In this document: positions 52,597 to 61,734 of the stretch, one piece after another
Layout of the letters: the number at the start of each line of letters is the position of its first letter
Numbering within the stretch: position 1 is the stretch's first letter
Assembly (NCBI GenBank): GCA_035911175.1
Contig: JAMHWA010000034.1
Location: 5,206 to 69,205 of the forward strand
Length of the DNA stretch: 64,000 nt
Source of the DNA: Alphaproteobacteria bacterium
Lineage (GTDB): Bacteria; Pseudomonadota; Alphaproteobacteria; Rickettsiales; UBA3002
Direction: 5' to 3'
Translations under genes and position numbers: made by a program
The notes under the pieces: generated by a model
What the model was told of the DNA's origin: nothing
The model's database searches: none
The model's input: the letters and a program-made list of their open reading frames with translations, nothing else

Positions 52597-53285
52597 TAGG
52601 CGCCCTGTTGTTTTATTAGCACGCATTCACCAGCTTTTTGATCCTGCGATTCAACCTGCATTCTCATTGCAGCAATTATTTGCGCTGACTCGGAATTTAT
52701 ATCTTGCTTAACTTTAGCTATGACGTCGCTTAAATCAGCAGATTTTTTCTTATTGAACTCATAGATATCTCGGCTTGTTAGAGCCTCAAGTTGTTCTATT
52801 TCGCTCTCAGAGAACTGGCCTGAGGCAACAAGGTCTCGATTCATTTCTTCAAGCGATGAAGGCTTGGTTTTTAAGTCTGCACGGTTCAATCGAAGTACTA
52901 AAGGGCTGGTAAAATAGCTGTCTATACTATTCATCTGTGTTGCTGTGTAGCGGTCTGCCCATGTGGAGGCTAGCTTGCCACGTATATTCTCAAGCGCATA
53001 ATGCTTATTATAAAGTTGGGTTATTAATGTCACTGTAGAAGCATAACAAGGATGGCTAGGATTATTGCCAGATGCTTGATTGGCAGCTTGCGCTACAGTT
53101 TCCTGAATTGTGCCCTGAACTTTGCGTGCGAATTCAGGTGAAGAAAATATATTAGGATAAATGGTGGGGACTAACGAATAAGCACGATTGTACGCGCCAC
53201 CCTTTTCTTCTGCAAACGCAGGAGCTGCTGAGGTGCAGATAAAAAGCAAACTTATTGATATAATGATAACGAGTGTTCGCATCAC
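52596..53285 (-). CDS. hypothetical secreted protein (AT-rich insert in the glyQS operon)
   Basis: 229 aa from the Met at 53285, which overlaps the glyQ stop (TGATG). Signal peptide [24 protein letters not shown]. Its stop overlaps the panD start (TAATG). Confidence 0.6.
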   Translation of the reverse strand: MMRTLVIIISISLLFICTSAAPAFAEEKGGAYNRAYSLVPTIYPNIFSSPEFARKVQGTIQETVAQAANQASGNNPSHPCYASTVTLITQLYNKHYALENIRGKLASTWADRYTATQMNSIDSYFTSPLVLRLNRADLKTKPSSLEEMNRDLVASGQFSESEIEQLEALTSRDIYEFNKKKSADLSDVIAKVKQDINSESAQIIAAMRMQVESQDQKAGECVLIKQQGA

Positions 53286-54169
53286 GCAGCCTCCTGCGTT
53301 TTTACCCATGCTTCGCAGCAGGCTTTGGCGAGGGCGCGCACGCGGCCGATGTAGCTCGCGCGTTCGGTGACGCCGATGACGCCGCGCGCGTCCAGCAAAT
53401 TGAAGCGGTGGCTGGCTTTGATGCACTGGTCATAGGCAGGCAGCACCAGCCCTTGCGAGCGTTCGTTGGTGTGGGCGAGGAGGGATTTGCACTCGGCCTC
53501 GGCTTCCTCGAACTGTTTGAACAGTTGCTCGGTGTTCGCGGCTTCGAGGTTGTAGGCGGAAAATTCCACCTCGTTTTGCTTGAACACATCGCCGTAGGTG
53601 AATTGCACTTCGCCTTCTTTGGCGTCGTTCCATTTTAGGTCATAGACGTTCTCGACGCCTTGGATATACATGGCAAGGCGCTCGAGGCCGTAGGTCAGCT
53701 CGCCTGCAATCGGGTTGCACTCGATGCCGCCGACTTGTTGGAAATAGGTGAATTGGGTGACTTCCATGCCGTCGCACCAGACTTCCCAACCCAAGCCCCA
53801 TGCGCCGAGGGTGGGGGATTCCCAGTCATCCTCCACAAAGCGGATATCGTGTTCTTCCGCCTTAATGCCCAGCTCGCGCAGCGAATCAAGGTAGAGCTGC
53901 TGGAGGTTATCGGGCGAGGGTTTTAGGATGACCTGAAACTGGTAGTAATGCTGCAAGCGGTTGGGGTTCTCGCCGTAGCGGCCATCCTTCGGGCGGCGGC
54001 TGGGCTGCACATAGGCGCAATTCCACGGTTTTGGCCCCAGCGCGCGCAAGGTGGTGGCGGGGTGGAAGGTGCCTGCGCCCACTTCCATGTCATAGGGCTG
54101 CAAAATGACGCAGCCTTGGCGCGCCCAATAGTTTTGCAAGGTCAGGATGATATCTTGAAAGCTTTTCAT
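53282..54169 (-). CDS. glyQ: glycine--tRNA ligase alpha subunit
   Basis: 295 aa. [36 protein letters not shown] is a highly conserved GlyQ N-terminus. Confidence 0.95.
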   Translation of the reverse strand: MKSFQDIILTLQNYWARQGCVILQPYDMEVGAGTFHPATTLRALGPKPWNCAYVQPSRRPKDGRYGENPNRLQHYYQFQVILKPSPDNLQQLYLDSLRELGIKAEEHDIRFVEDDWESPTLGAWGLGWEVWCDGMEVTQFTYFQQVGGIECNPIAGELTYGLERLAMYIQGVENVYDLKWNDAKEGEVQFTYGDVFKQNEVEFSAYNLEAANTEQLFKQFEEAEAECKSLLAHTNERSQGLVLPAYDQCIKASHRFNLLDARGVIGVTERASYIGRVRALAKACCEAWVKTQEAA

Positions 54170-54229
54170 GCGCGCGTATGTAGCGCGCGGGGGGCGCTAA
54201 ATCAAGGATAATATTAAGAAAAGCGCGGC

Positions 54230-54898
54230 TTACGCATGCCCAACGGTGGTGCTGAAAAACGCCATGTCGATGCCCAGCGACTTGCTGGCGGTCGCCCATT
54301 TCAGGTCATTCTCGGTGCCAAAGACGAGTTCGGGCGTGGCAGGGACGGAAATCCAGCTATTTTGCTCGATTTCGGCCTCCAGTTGACCTGCGCTCCAGCC
54401 CGCATAGCCGACAATGAGGACGGCGTCTTTCGGGCCTTCGCCACGGGCAATATCCGCCAATATGTTGCTGCTGGCGGTGATGGCCAGCTCGCCAGATTTC
54501 ATGAGCGAAAACTCGCGGAAATAATCCGTGCTGTGGAGCACAAAGCCGCGCGCCCGCTCCACCGGCCCGCCGAAATAGACAGGAATGTTTTTGGTGGCCG
54601 CTTCGGCCGGTAGGTTCATGCCCTCGATCAGGGTGCCGTAATTCACCAGTTCAATCGGCTGGTTGATGATGAGTCCCATCGCCCCATCTGCCGAATGGTT
54701 GAACACATAAATCACCGATTTTTGGAAGCAGCCCGAATCGATCACAGGGGTGGCGACCAGCAGTTGCCCAGCCAGATAGCCCTTTTGCGCGCTGGCGTCG
54801 ATAATGTTGGGGGTGCCGATAGCGGCGTGCGATACGGTAATATCGGTAGGCGACGATTCGGGCGTGATCATGGTTTTTACCTTACGAAAGAATTTCAT
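54230..54898 (-). CDS. YqgE/AlgH family protein (UPF0301)
   Basis: LAGQLLVATPVIDSGCFQKSVIYVFNHSADGAMGLIINQP and GYAGWSAGQLEAE motifs. The start may be the later Met (MITPESS). Confidence 0.8.
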   Translation of the reverse strand: MKFFRKVKTMITPESSPTDITVSHAAIGTPNIIDASAQKGYLAGQLLVATPVIDSGCFQKSVIYVFNHSADGAMGLIINQPIELVNYGTLIEGMNLPAEAATKNIPVYFGGPVERARGFVLHSTDYFREFSLMKSGELAITASSNILADIARGEGPKDAVLIVGYAGWSAGQLEAEIEQNSWISVPATPELVFGTENDLKWATASKSLGIDMAFFSTTVGHA

Positions 54899-54991
54899 AA
54901 TGTCGCGTCGCTCGTTGGTTTTATTTTCTACAGATTAGCATTTAGGGATCGCTTTTACCAAATACAATACTGCATGCATCCACGAATAATT

Positions 54992-55723
54992 TTATTGATT
55001 CTCGCGGTTGTTTTGGAACTGCTCCAGTTTTGGCGCCATCCATGCTGGCAAGCTGGCGCGGTAGGTGATGCCATCCAGCGTCACAGGTGATGGATGGCAG
55101 GTCGCGGGGGATGGATTGTTCGCAAAGACATCCTCGAATTTAAGTAAGCCAAGGCGCGGGGGCATGGTGTCGTGTTCGAGAATAAAGAATCCGCGCCGAG
55201 CAATGTTTTTATAGTGCATGCGTGCCACAATTTCCTGCCCGACATAGCAGCCCTTGGTGAAGCAGATGGCGCTCAACAAATCATAACCAGCATCCAGCGG
55301 AACCACCTCATCGGGCATAAAATCGCGGCCGAGTTCGGGGATGCCGAGGGAAAGTGAAGAGGGCTGCTCGGCGAGTGGCGAGTAGGCAGGAAGCTCGGGA
55401 TGCCGAGGGTCAGCCAAGGGCGTGGGGATAAGGGCTAGAGCCGCCTCGGGGGATAGTTCCGCAATCGTCACTTTCGCACGCAGTTTATACATCATCAGGC
55501 GCTTGACGAGAGTGTCTTTATACTGCGTGGCGGTATCAATAAGGATGGAGTCATCCGCTGCGATGAGAAACATATCATGCAGGATTTTTCCTTGCGGCGA
55601 GAGCAATGCCGCGAATTGGATTTTATCCTCGTTCAGCTTCGTCACATCTTGCGTGACAATGCCTTGCAGGAAGCTGATGCGGTCGTTGCCGCTGATGCGG
55701 ATAAAGCTGCGGTTAGTTATCAT
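54992..55723 (-). CDS. ygfZ: YgfZ/GcvT-like folate-binding protein
   Basis: 243 aa. FLQGIVTQDV and the FTKGCYVGQEIVARMHY signature. Confidence 0.75.
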   Translation of the reverse strand: MITNRSFIRISGNDRISFLQGIVTQDVTKLNEDKIQFAALLSPQGKILHDMFLIAADDSILIDTATQYKDTLVKRLMMYKLRAKVTIAELSPEAALALIPTPLADPRHPELPAYSPLAEQPSSLSLGIPELGRDFMPDEVVPLDAGYDLLSAICFTKGCYVGQEIVARMHYKNIARRGFFILEHDTMPPRLGLLKFEDVFANNPSPATCHPSPVTLDGITYRASLPAWMAPKLEQFQNNRENQ

Positions 55724-55742
55724 GGATTAGGTCTTATCCCAA

Positions 55743-56186
55743 TTATCGAGACCGTGGTGAATCTTTTAGTGTAGCAAGATTGTGTTGTTGCCAAATTTCT
55801 TCAATAGGGGGCAAATTTTTTATGAGTCTAGCATGAATTAATTCAAAATAGCTTTTTGCCGCATCTGCAGATTCCCCCGCATATTCACTAATGCAGCCCT
55901 CAAGCATCCTTCTGTGAACTTTCATGCCAATGCAGTCGAAATCTATTCGGTGGCCGTACTGAACTCGGCTGGTTAGGTCATAACCATATCGTAGTATAGT
56001 ATTATATAGGTCTCTAACGGCGGTCTCTTGGCTTCTAATGCGTGTCAGTAGCCAACTAAATTCATCGCTCTGGAATAGCTCGGCGACCGTTTTATCCATT
56101 GCCTTTTCTACGGAAGTAACAACTTCTTCTGGAATGTTCGGCTTCCTGCGCCGATACGGTAGTCCCATCAAAGACGCGACAATCAT
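55743..56186 (-). CDS. hypothetical protein (AT-rich orphan, 147 aa)
   Basis: GGGAG lies 7 nt upstream of the ATG. No domain recognised. C-terminus is ...LKDSPRSR. Confidence 0.55.
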   Translation of the reverse strand: MIVASLMGLPYRRRKPNIPEEVVTSVEKAMDKTVAELFQSDEFSWLLTRIRSQETAVRDLYNTILRYGYDLTSRVQYGHRIDFDCIGMKVHRRMLEGCISEYAGESADAAKSYFELIHARLIKNLPPIEEIWQQHNLATLKDSPRSR

Positions 56187-56291
56187 GGCTAGCTCCCAAT
56201 GTGCTAGAGTTTCTGGAAGATTATCACACTAAGCGTTAAAGTCCAATCCGCGGTATCCGCGCAGGCAAGCAGTCAATTATAGCTTATACTT

Positions 56292-57305
56292 CTATGGGTT
56301 GCTGGCAGGGGTGCCAGTAATTATTCCTTGGAGGCGTTGAGCGACAATGGCTGCCGCATAGCGGTCTTCGGCTCGGGTGCGGGCATTGGCCCCCATCATA
56401 ATGGTTTGGCTGGGGTTGCCCAGTGCCCGTGTGAGGCCAGCGGCGATACCCTCGGCGGTGATGGGGCTGAGGATGCCGCATCCATCCGACAACATTTCAG
56501 CGGGGCCACCGCCACATTCGGTGCTTACGGCGGGGCAGCCATGCGCCATGGCCTCAAGCAGGGTGATGGGGAAATTTTCCGTGCGCGAGGGCAGGCAATA
56601 CACATCAAGGTTTGCAAAGAAGGTAGATTTATCGGCAATCCACCCTGCCCAAGTAATGGCATCGGCAATGCCAAGGCGTACAGCTTGGGTTTTGAGCGCT
56701 TCGCCTTCTTTTCCCTCACCGCCGATGATAGCGCGAAAAGGAATGTTTTTTGCGCGTAAAATCGCAAGCGCATCGAGGAGTACGTCGAAGCCTTTCTCCT
56801 GCGATAGGCGCCCCATGCTACCGATGATCGGCGGGTTGCGCCATGGCGCGCGCGGCGTGTCGGGGGGCAGGTCAATCATATTGGGGACGATATAAACGGG
56901 GCCAGAAAACTGTGCTTTTATCTCCGCCGCGCGTTGTTCACTCAGTGCGATCACAACATCGAAATGTGGCGCTGGCGTGAAGAAGCGGCTATGCGCGATA
57001 GCGATGTTCTTGCAGCGCCGGTGTGTGCCCACCATATCGCCTGCGCGGTTACCGTGGAGGATGGCGACGTCGCAATCACGCAGTAGTTGTGCGATGCGCC
57101 AACGGGCAAGCAAGTTCCACCGTTGCGGGGTGCGGATGCTAACAAAAGGAAGGTTGGCGTTCGCAAGGGCAGGAATGATCGCCGCGTTGTGGCGGGTGAT
57201 GGTGAGCACGTTGTGCCCCAAGCCATGCAGGGCGCGAGCATAATCGACCGCTGCTTGCTCCACCCCGCCACGGCTGCCGCCAAGCATAATGTTCGCAATG
57301 TTCAT
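56292..57305 (-). CDS. glycosyltransferase family 4 (GT-B, GT1-type C-terminal domain)
   Basis: GRLSQEKGFDVLLDA and PSRTENFPITLLEAMAHGCP (EX7E region). The Met at 57305 forms an ATGA overlap with the upstream gene's stop. The track start is 57323. Confidence 0.8.
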   Translation of the reverse strand: MNIANIMLGGSRGGVEQAAVDYARALHGLGHNVLTITRHNAAIIPALANANLPFVSIRTPQRWNLLARWRIAQLLRDCDVAILHGNRAGDMVGTHRRCKNIAIAHSRFFTPAPHFDVVIALSEQRAAEIKAQFSGPVYIVPNMIDLPPDTPRAPWRNPPIIGSMGRLSQEKGFDVLLDALAILRAKNIPFRAIIGGEGKEGEALKTQAVRLGIADAITWAGWIADKSTFFANLDVYCLPSRTENFPITLLEAMAHGCPAVSTECGGGPAEMLSDGCGILSPITAEGIAAGLTRALGNPSQTIMMGANARTRAEDRYAAAIVAQRLQGIITGTPASNP

Positions 57306-58237
57306 GCTGCGCTTCCTTTGCATAACAGGCGACGAACACGACGCTCCATATCGACAAGGCGGCGCATGGGTGAGTGCTCGATATGCTTAACATCGAGCAT
57401 TGTGAAATCACCGCAGGAGGATAGCGTGTGCATGCCATCGGCGTAATTTTTGTGCAGTCCTTGGCCGCTGAATGCGGCAACGGGTTCTGCAGCAAAATCA
57501 TCACGAGTGAGGCGGGTCACTTTCAAGATGGTCATGCCGCATCCATAGCCGTGCGTAGAGTCCTGCATTGGCAGATGTAATGCGCCTTCGTGCACAAACG
57601 GGGTGCCACCCATGCGGCTACCGTTAAGCCCAGTGCGGATAGGGTTTTGGGGGTGCAGAGTCCATGGCCCCAGCAAATCATCGGCAGTGGCGAGGTGCAG
57701 TTCGCGCAGCGCGCGGGTGTCATCGCCGGGCAGGGAAAAAAACATCCACCATTGTCCATTATGTTGCACGGGGCTCGCATCAATCGCGGGTAGGTCGAGC
57801 AGGGTGGCTACAGGCTCCCAATCTTTCGGAAATGCGCGCGCACGATAAAGGGCAAGGGTGCCACTGCGGAAGGCTTCCGGCAGCATGTAGGTTTCGCCGT
57901 GGTGCGCAATCAGATAGGGGTAGGAAAGATGCGCGTTCGTGCGCAGCGCAGTGCCGTGGGCAATCAATTCGAGTGTGGGTGAATAGGTGTAATAATCAAT
58001 CTCACCATGCTTGGTGCGGTAGTCGAATGCTTCGACAAGCACGCTGAGATTTCCGTCCGCTCCACGCATGGCAAATGGGTCGGCAATAAAGCTAAAGGGG
58101 CGCGGGCGTGGCAGCCATGCAATGCTAGGGGCAGGGTTGCTAAGAAAGCTCGCAATGGGTGCACGAGCAATGCCGACATGCCACATGTCAGTTGCTTTGT
58201 AGGGCCAGTAGCGACGGTGCTGCATGCGATAGACCAA
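57302..58237 (-). CDS. hypothetical protein, possibly a beta-propeller glycosyl-hydrolase-like family
   Basis: 311 aa. FIADPF...GNLSVLVE...YPYLI...WWMFFS are repeated beta-strand motifs. They resemble the family often annotated as glucosamine inositolphosphorylceramide transferase-like. This is from memory and weak. Confidence 0.4.
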   Translation of the reverse strand: MVYRMQHRRYWPYKATDMWHVGIARAPIASFLSNPAPSIAWLPRPRPFSFIADPFAMRGADGNLSVLVEAFDYRTKHGEIDYYTYSPTLELIAHGTALRTNAHLSYPYLIAHHGETYMLPEAFRSGTLALYRARAFPKDWEPVATLLDLPAIDASPVQHNGQWWMFFSLPGDDTRALRELHLATADDLLGPWTLHPQNPIRTGLNGSRMGGTPFVHEGALHLPMQDSTHGYGCGMTILKVTRLTRDDFAAEPVAAFSGQGLHKNYADGMHTLSSCGDFTMLDVKHIEHSPMRRLVDMERRVRRLLCKGSAA

Positions 58238-58291
58238 CTATGCCGTGAAATTTGCTCTGGTTTACAGCGCAATAGGCGGTTGGTAAATGAT

Positions 58292-58567
58292 TTAATGAAC
58301 CACGATGGGGGCGTTCACCAGCTTGAACTCGGCGGGGGTAATGAGCTCGGCGTGCATGACTTTGACGGAATGAATTTTGCCGTCCAGCTCGCGATCCCAG
58401 AAGGCGAGGAATTTTTTTAAGGTTGGGAATTTAGGGGCAAGGTCGAATTCTTGCCAGACATAGGATTGCAGCAATACTGGATGGTCGGGTAGGCGGTAAA
58501 TGATTTCGGCTGTCGTCAGCCGATAATCGCGCAGCATTAGCTCCAACTCATTCCCTCTTGGCGTCAT
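58292..58567 (-). CDS. usg: Usg family protein
   Basis: LRDYRLTTAEIIYRLPDHPVLLQSYVWQEFDLAPKFPTLKKFLAFWDRELDGKIHSV is the typical alphaproteobacterial Usg sequence. The start was trimmed to the Met at 58567. Confidence 0.75.
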   Translation of the reverse strand: MTPRGNELELMLRDYRLTTAEIIYRLPDHPVLLQSYVWQEFDLAPKFPTLKKFLAFWDRELDGKIHSVKVMHAELITPAEFKLVNAPIVVH

Positions 58568-58680
58568 AGGCGCATCACTCCTACATGGACCAACTTCACG
58601 CATCTACGACGCGTGCAACAAAACTCAAGCTTTAATCTAGCAGAATTTTCTGAAAAAAAACACAAAGAAATGGCGTTTAT

Positions 58681-59490
58681 TTATTGTATGCGCACGAATA
58701 AATAACAGGTTTTGGCATCCGTGGTGGTGGTGTAGGTGGTGGCATCCGTCGTGCAGGCGGTAAGTGCGCTCGTTTTGGGGGTTACGATCATACCGGTGCT
58801 GGGAATCCCGTCATCGTATTTTTCGTCGAGATTAAGTGCTTGTTTGCCAGTCAAAAATGGCTGGTCGGGGATAGTGGTGGCGTTATCGAATAACCCCGCA
58901 ATGCGCAGAATGTTCCCGTATTGCCCATCGAAATAAAGGGCGTTCGGGGTCGTGGCGTGGATAACAAATCCATCGCGCTCATCGGGGTGGTCGAACATGA
59001 ATGCCACTTTATCCATCGAAGATCCTGGGACGTTTTCGCCAATCGTGGCGCCACCTGTACCATTCGCCGCACCCGTGTAGCGCCCCTGAATGAATCCCGC
59101 GAGGGATAGATGCTGGAAGGCATAATAACGCTCGTTTTCAAATGCGGTCGAGGCCGCGCGAATGAGGCCATTGCCATCGCCATTAAAGGCCGTTGGCCAG
59201 ATGGTGCTAGCAGTGGGTGTGGCGCTGGTTCCGCACGTTGTGGCGGTGGCACAATGATCCCCCGGAGGGTTGTTATAGCGGCTTTGGAATTGGTGGTAGG
59301 CATCGACGAGGAGCTTGCTCTCGTTCATCATAGAGGTGATCGCAGCATTGCGCACATAGGAGCGTAAGCTAGCAACGCCACCGACCAATAGGCCAATAAT
59401 CGCGAGCGCAATAGATAGCTCGAGTAGGCTGAATCCTCCGAGGGATTTTTGGGCTTGGGTGCTGTTGGCCACGGGCAACTCCTGAATCAT
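58681..59490 (-). CDS. prepilin-type N-terminal cleavage/methylation domain protein (type IV pilin or pseudopilin-like)
   Basis: 269 aa. The leader ends ...KSLGG, followed by FSLLELSIALAIIGLLVGG (class III signal with Glu+5). Large Thr/Gly-rich C-terminal domain with Cys pairs. Confidence 0.75.
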   Translation of the reverse strand: MIQELPVANSTQAQKSLGGFSLLELSIALAIIGLLVGGVASLRSYVRNAAITSMMNESKLLVDAYHQFQSRYNNPPGDHCATATTCGTSATPTASTIWPTAFNGDGNGLIRAASTAFENERYYAFQHLSLAGFIQGRYTGAANGTGGATIGENVPGSSMDKVAFMFDHPDERDGFVIHATTPNALYFDGQYGNILRIAGLFDNATTIPDQPFLTGKQALNLDEKYDDGIPSTGMIVTPKTSALTACTTDATTYTTTTDAKTCYLFVRIQ

Positions 59491-59538
59491 TTATTCACAT
59501 TTTAGAGCAACTTTAAGTAATTGTCATACTGATTTCTT

Positions 59539-60522
59539 TTGTATCTCGGCACGATGCTTGCTACACTGCCGCTGATGATAAAACGACCCTCATTCCAGTT
59601 CGCTATGGCATCCGCATTAGGGGCGCTTGGTGCGCTTGCATTGTATCCCGTGGCGGCGAATGCCAAAACGGATCCCCTGATTGAGGGTGCACGCCAGTGC
59701 ACGCAATATTTCCCCGTCGAGGAAAAGAAAAACAGCATTCCCACCCATTTGTTGGCTGCAATCGCTACAACAGAATCGGGACGCTACAGCAAAAGTCTGG
59801 GCATGAGTGTGCCGTGGCCTTGGACCATTAACGTAGAAGGTAAGGGTTACCATTTTGATAGCAAAGCGGAAGCGATTGCGATTACGCAAAGCTTCCTTGC
59901 TCAAGGCTACCGCAGTATCGATGTCGGGTGCATGCAGGTGAATCTGAAACACCACCCCAAAGCGTTCGCCAACTTGAACCAAGCGTTCGATCCGGCCACC
60001 AATGTGGCCTATTCGGCTAAATTCCTGAGCACCAATTACCGCACGTTGGGCGATTGGATTAAGGCTACGGCAGCTTACCATTCTCGCACACCAGCGCATG
60101 GGCAGCGTTATCTAGGAAATATTGAGCGCAACTGGAACAAGATTGTGGGCAAAGTAGCTGCCGCACGCACCAGCAAAGCGGATGAGGGCACAACGAATGT
60201 GGCTGTAACCACTGCGCCAACGCAGAACCGTTCGGCGGCTGAGGCCAAGCCACGGGTGATTGCAAGCAACACGCGTGTAGCCATGCAGCAGCCTCGTCGC
60301 GTGCGGGTGATTCAGGTGAGCGACACCACACGGCGTGAGAATGATGTGCTGGTGGTGCGCGCCAGCAGTGCGCCCGTGGAACCAATTACCGTTGCCGATG
60401 TTCCTGCTCAATTTTCGCCGACACAAGGCAACTCGATTCGTCAGGTTAGCCTTGACAACCAAGCCACGAGCCGCCTACCTGTAGCTCGGCCGAATGGCCC
60501 GCAATTTGTTTTTGCTAACTAG
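59539..60522 (+). CDS. lytic transglycosylase (SLT domain) with a long C-terminal tail
   Basis: 327 aa. Signal-like MASALGALGALALYPVAANA. LLAAIATTESGRY catalytic Glu-Ser context, GCMQVN, and AAYHS. The start is probably the ATG at 59554. Confidence 0.75.
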   Translation: MYLGTMLATLPLMIKRPSFQFAMASALGALGALALYPVAANAKTDPLIEGARQCTQYFPVEEKKNSIPTHLLAAIATTESGRYSKSLGMSVPWPWTINVEGKGYHFDSKAEAIAITQSFLAQGYRSIDVGCMQVNLKHHPKAFANLNQAFDPATNVAYSAKFLSTNYRTLGDWIKATAAYHSRTPAHGQRYLGNIERNWNKIVGKVAAARTSKADEGTTNVAVTTAPTQNRSAAEAKPRVIASNTRVAMQQPRRVRVIQVSDTTRRENDVLVVRASSAPVEPITVADVPAQFSPTQGNSIRQVSLDNQATSRLPVARPNGPQFVFAN

Positions 60523-60531
60523 AGTTACGCT

Positions 60532-60708
60532 ATGTTTGAAACCATCGAAGTAAGTACGCTAGAAGTCGCCTGTGATGGCGGCGGCGGTGCTCTTGGTCAC
60601 CCAAAAGTCTATCTGCATATCGACCATGGGCATGGCGATAGCGTAACGTGCCCTTATTGCAGCCGCACCTATGTATTGCGCCATGAAAAGGCAGGAAAGG
60701 TTGCTTAA
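60532..60708 (+). CDS. zinc-finger (CHCC-type, NDUFS6-like) small protein
   Basis: 58 aa and not in the supplied track (below the size cutoff). MFETIEVSTLEVACDGGGGALGHPKVYLHIDHGHGDSVTCPYCSRTYVLRH. The C..HP..CPYC pattern is typical of the alphaproteobacterial zf-CHCC protein. Confidence 0.7.
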   Translation: MFETIEVSTLEVACDGGGGALGHPKVYLHIDHGHGDSVTCPYCSRTYVLRHEKAGKVA

Positions 60709-60900
60709 ATGATGTTCGGGGTAATCCTTCTGGGCGCATTAATGTTGGCAACGGTGGTGGTGCTGGTCACAGGCATTGTGCTCATGGCGCGTGGCGGCGA
60801 AGCCAATGCCAAATACGGCAACAAGTTGATGGTCGCGCGTGTAGCCTTCCAAGGTGCTGCGCTGGTGGTGGTTTGCGCATTACTGATGATGAAAAGCTAG
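60709..60900 (+). CDS. twin transmembrane helix small protein (HIG1 domain)
   Basis: 63 aa. Two TM helices flank RGGEANAKYGNKLMVARV. The start directly abuts the previous stop. Confidence 0.7.
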   Translation: MMFGVILLGALMLATVVVLVTGIVLMARGGEANAKYGNKLMVARVAFQGAALVVVCALLMMKS

Positions 60901-60983
60901 CATTCTATCTATATTGCAGCGCACTGTAACCTCTTGCAAATCTCTAAAAAAACACGCACACTGACCCGATAAGGGAGAGTTAC

Positions 60984-61733
60984 ATGCGCATACTGGTTCC
61001 CGTCAAACGGGTGGTTGATTACAACGTTAAAATCCGTGTGAAGGGGGATGGTTCGGGGGTCGAGCTAGCCAACGTGAAAATGAGCATGAATCCGTTCGAC
61101 GAAATCGCCGTCGAAGAGGCGATTCGTCTTAAGGAAAAAGGAATTGCCACCGAGGTGGTGGTTGTTTCCATCGGCGCAAAACCTGTCGAAGAAACCTTGC
61201 GCACGGCGCTCGCGGTTGGCGCAGATCGGGCTATTATCGTGACTGTGGACACACGGATTGAACCGCTGGTCGCCGCCAAACTGCTGGCAGCAGTCGCCAA
61301 GAAAGAGGCTGCCGACCTTGTTATCACTGGCAAGCAAGCGATCGATGACGATGCTAGCCAAACAGGGCAAATGCTGGCCACGCTGCTGGGCTGGCCACAG
61401 GCGACGTTTGCAAGCAAGGTCGAAATTGCAAGCAGCGAGGCCATCGTCACCCGCGAGGTAGATGGCGGGTTGATGACCATTGCGGTGAAGCTGCCTGCGG
61501 TCATCACCACCGACTTGCGCCTGAACGAACCGCGCTATGCCAAACTACCCGACATTATGAAAGCGCGCGCCAAGCCGCTTGCTGTGCTCACGCCTGCGGA
61601 GCTCGGGGTTGAAATTACCGAGCGCACCAAAGTGCTGAACGTCGCCGAGCCCGTCAAACGCAAGGGCGGCGGCAAAGTGAAGGATGTGGCCGAGCTAGTC
61701 GATAAACTGCGTAACGAAGCGAAGGTGATATAA
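60984..61733 (+). CDS. etfB: electron transfer flavoprotein beta subunit
   Basis: 249 aa. [30 protein letters not shown], and [18 protein letters not shown]. Confidence 0.95.
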   Translation: MRILVPVKRVVDYNVKIRVKGDGSGVELANVKMSMNPFDEIAVEEAIRLKEKGIATEVVVVSIGAKPVEETLRTALAVGADRAIIVTVDTRIEPLVAAKLLAAVAKKEAADLVITGKQAIDDDASQTGQMLATLLGWPQATFASKVEIASSEAIVTREVDGGLMTIAVKLPAVITTDLRLNEPRYAKLPDIMKARAKPLAVLTPAELGVEITERTKVLNVAEPVKRKGGGKVKDVAELVDKLRNEAKVI

Positions 61734-61734
61734 T

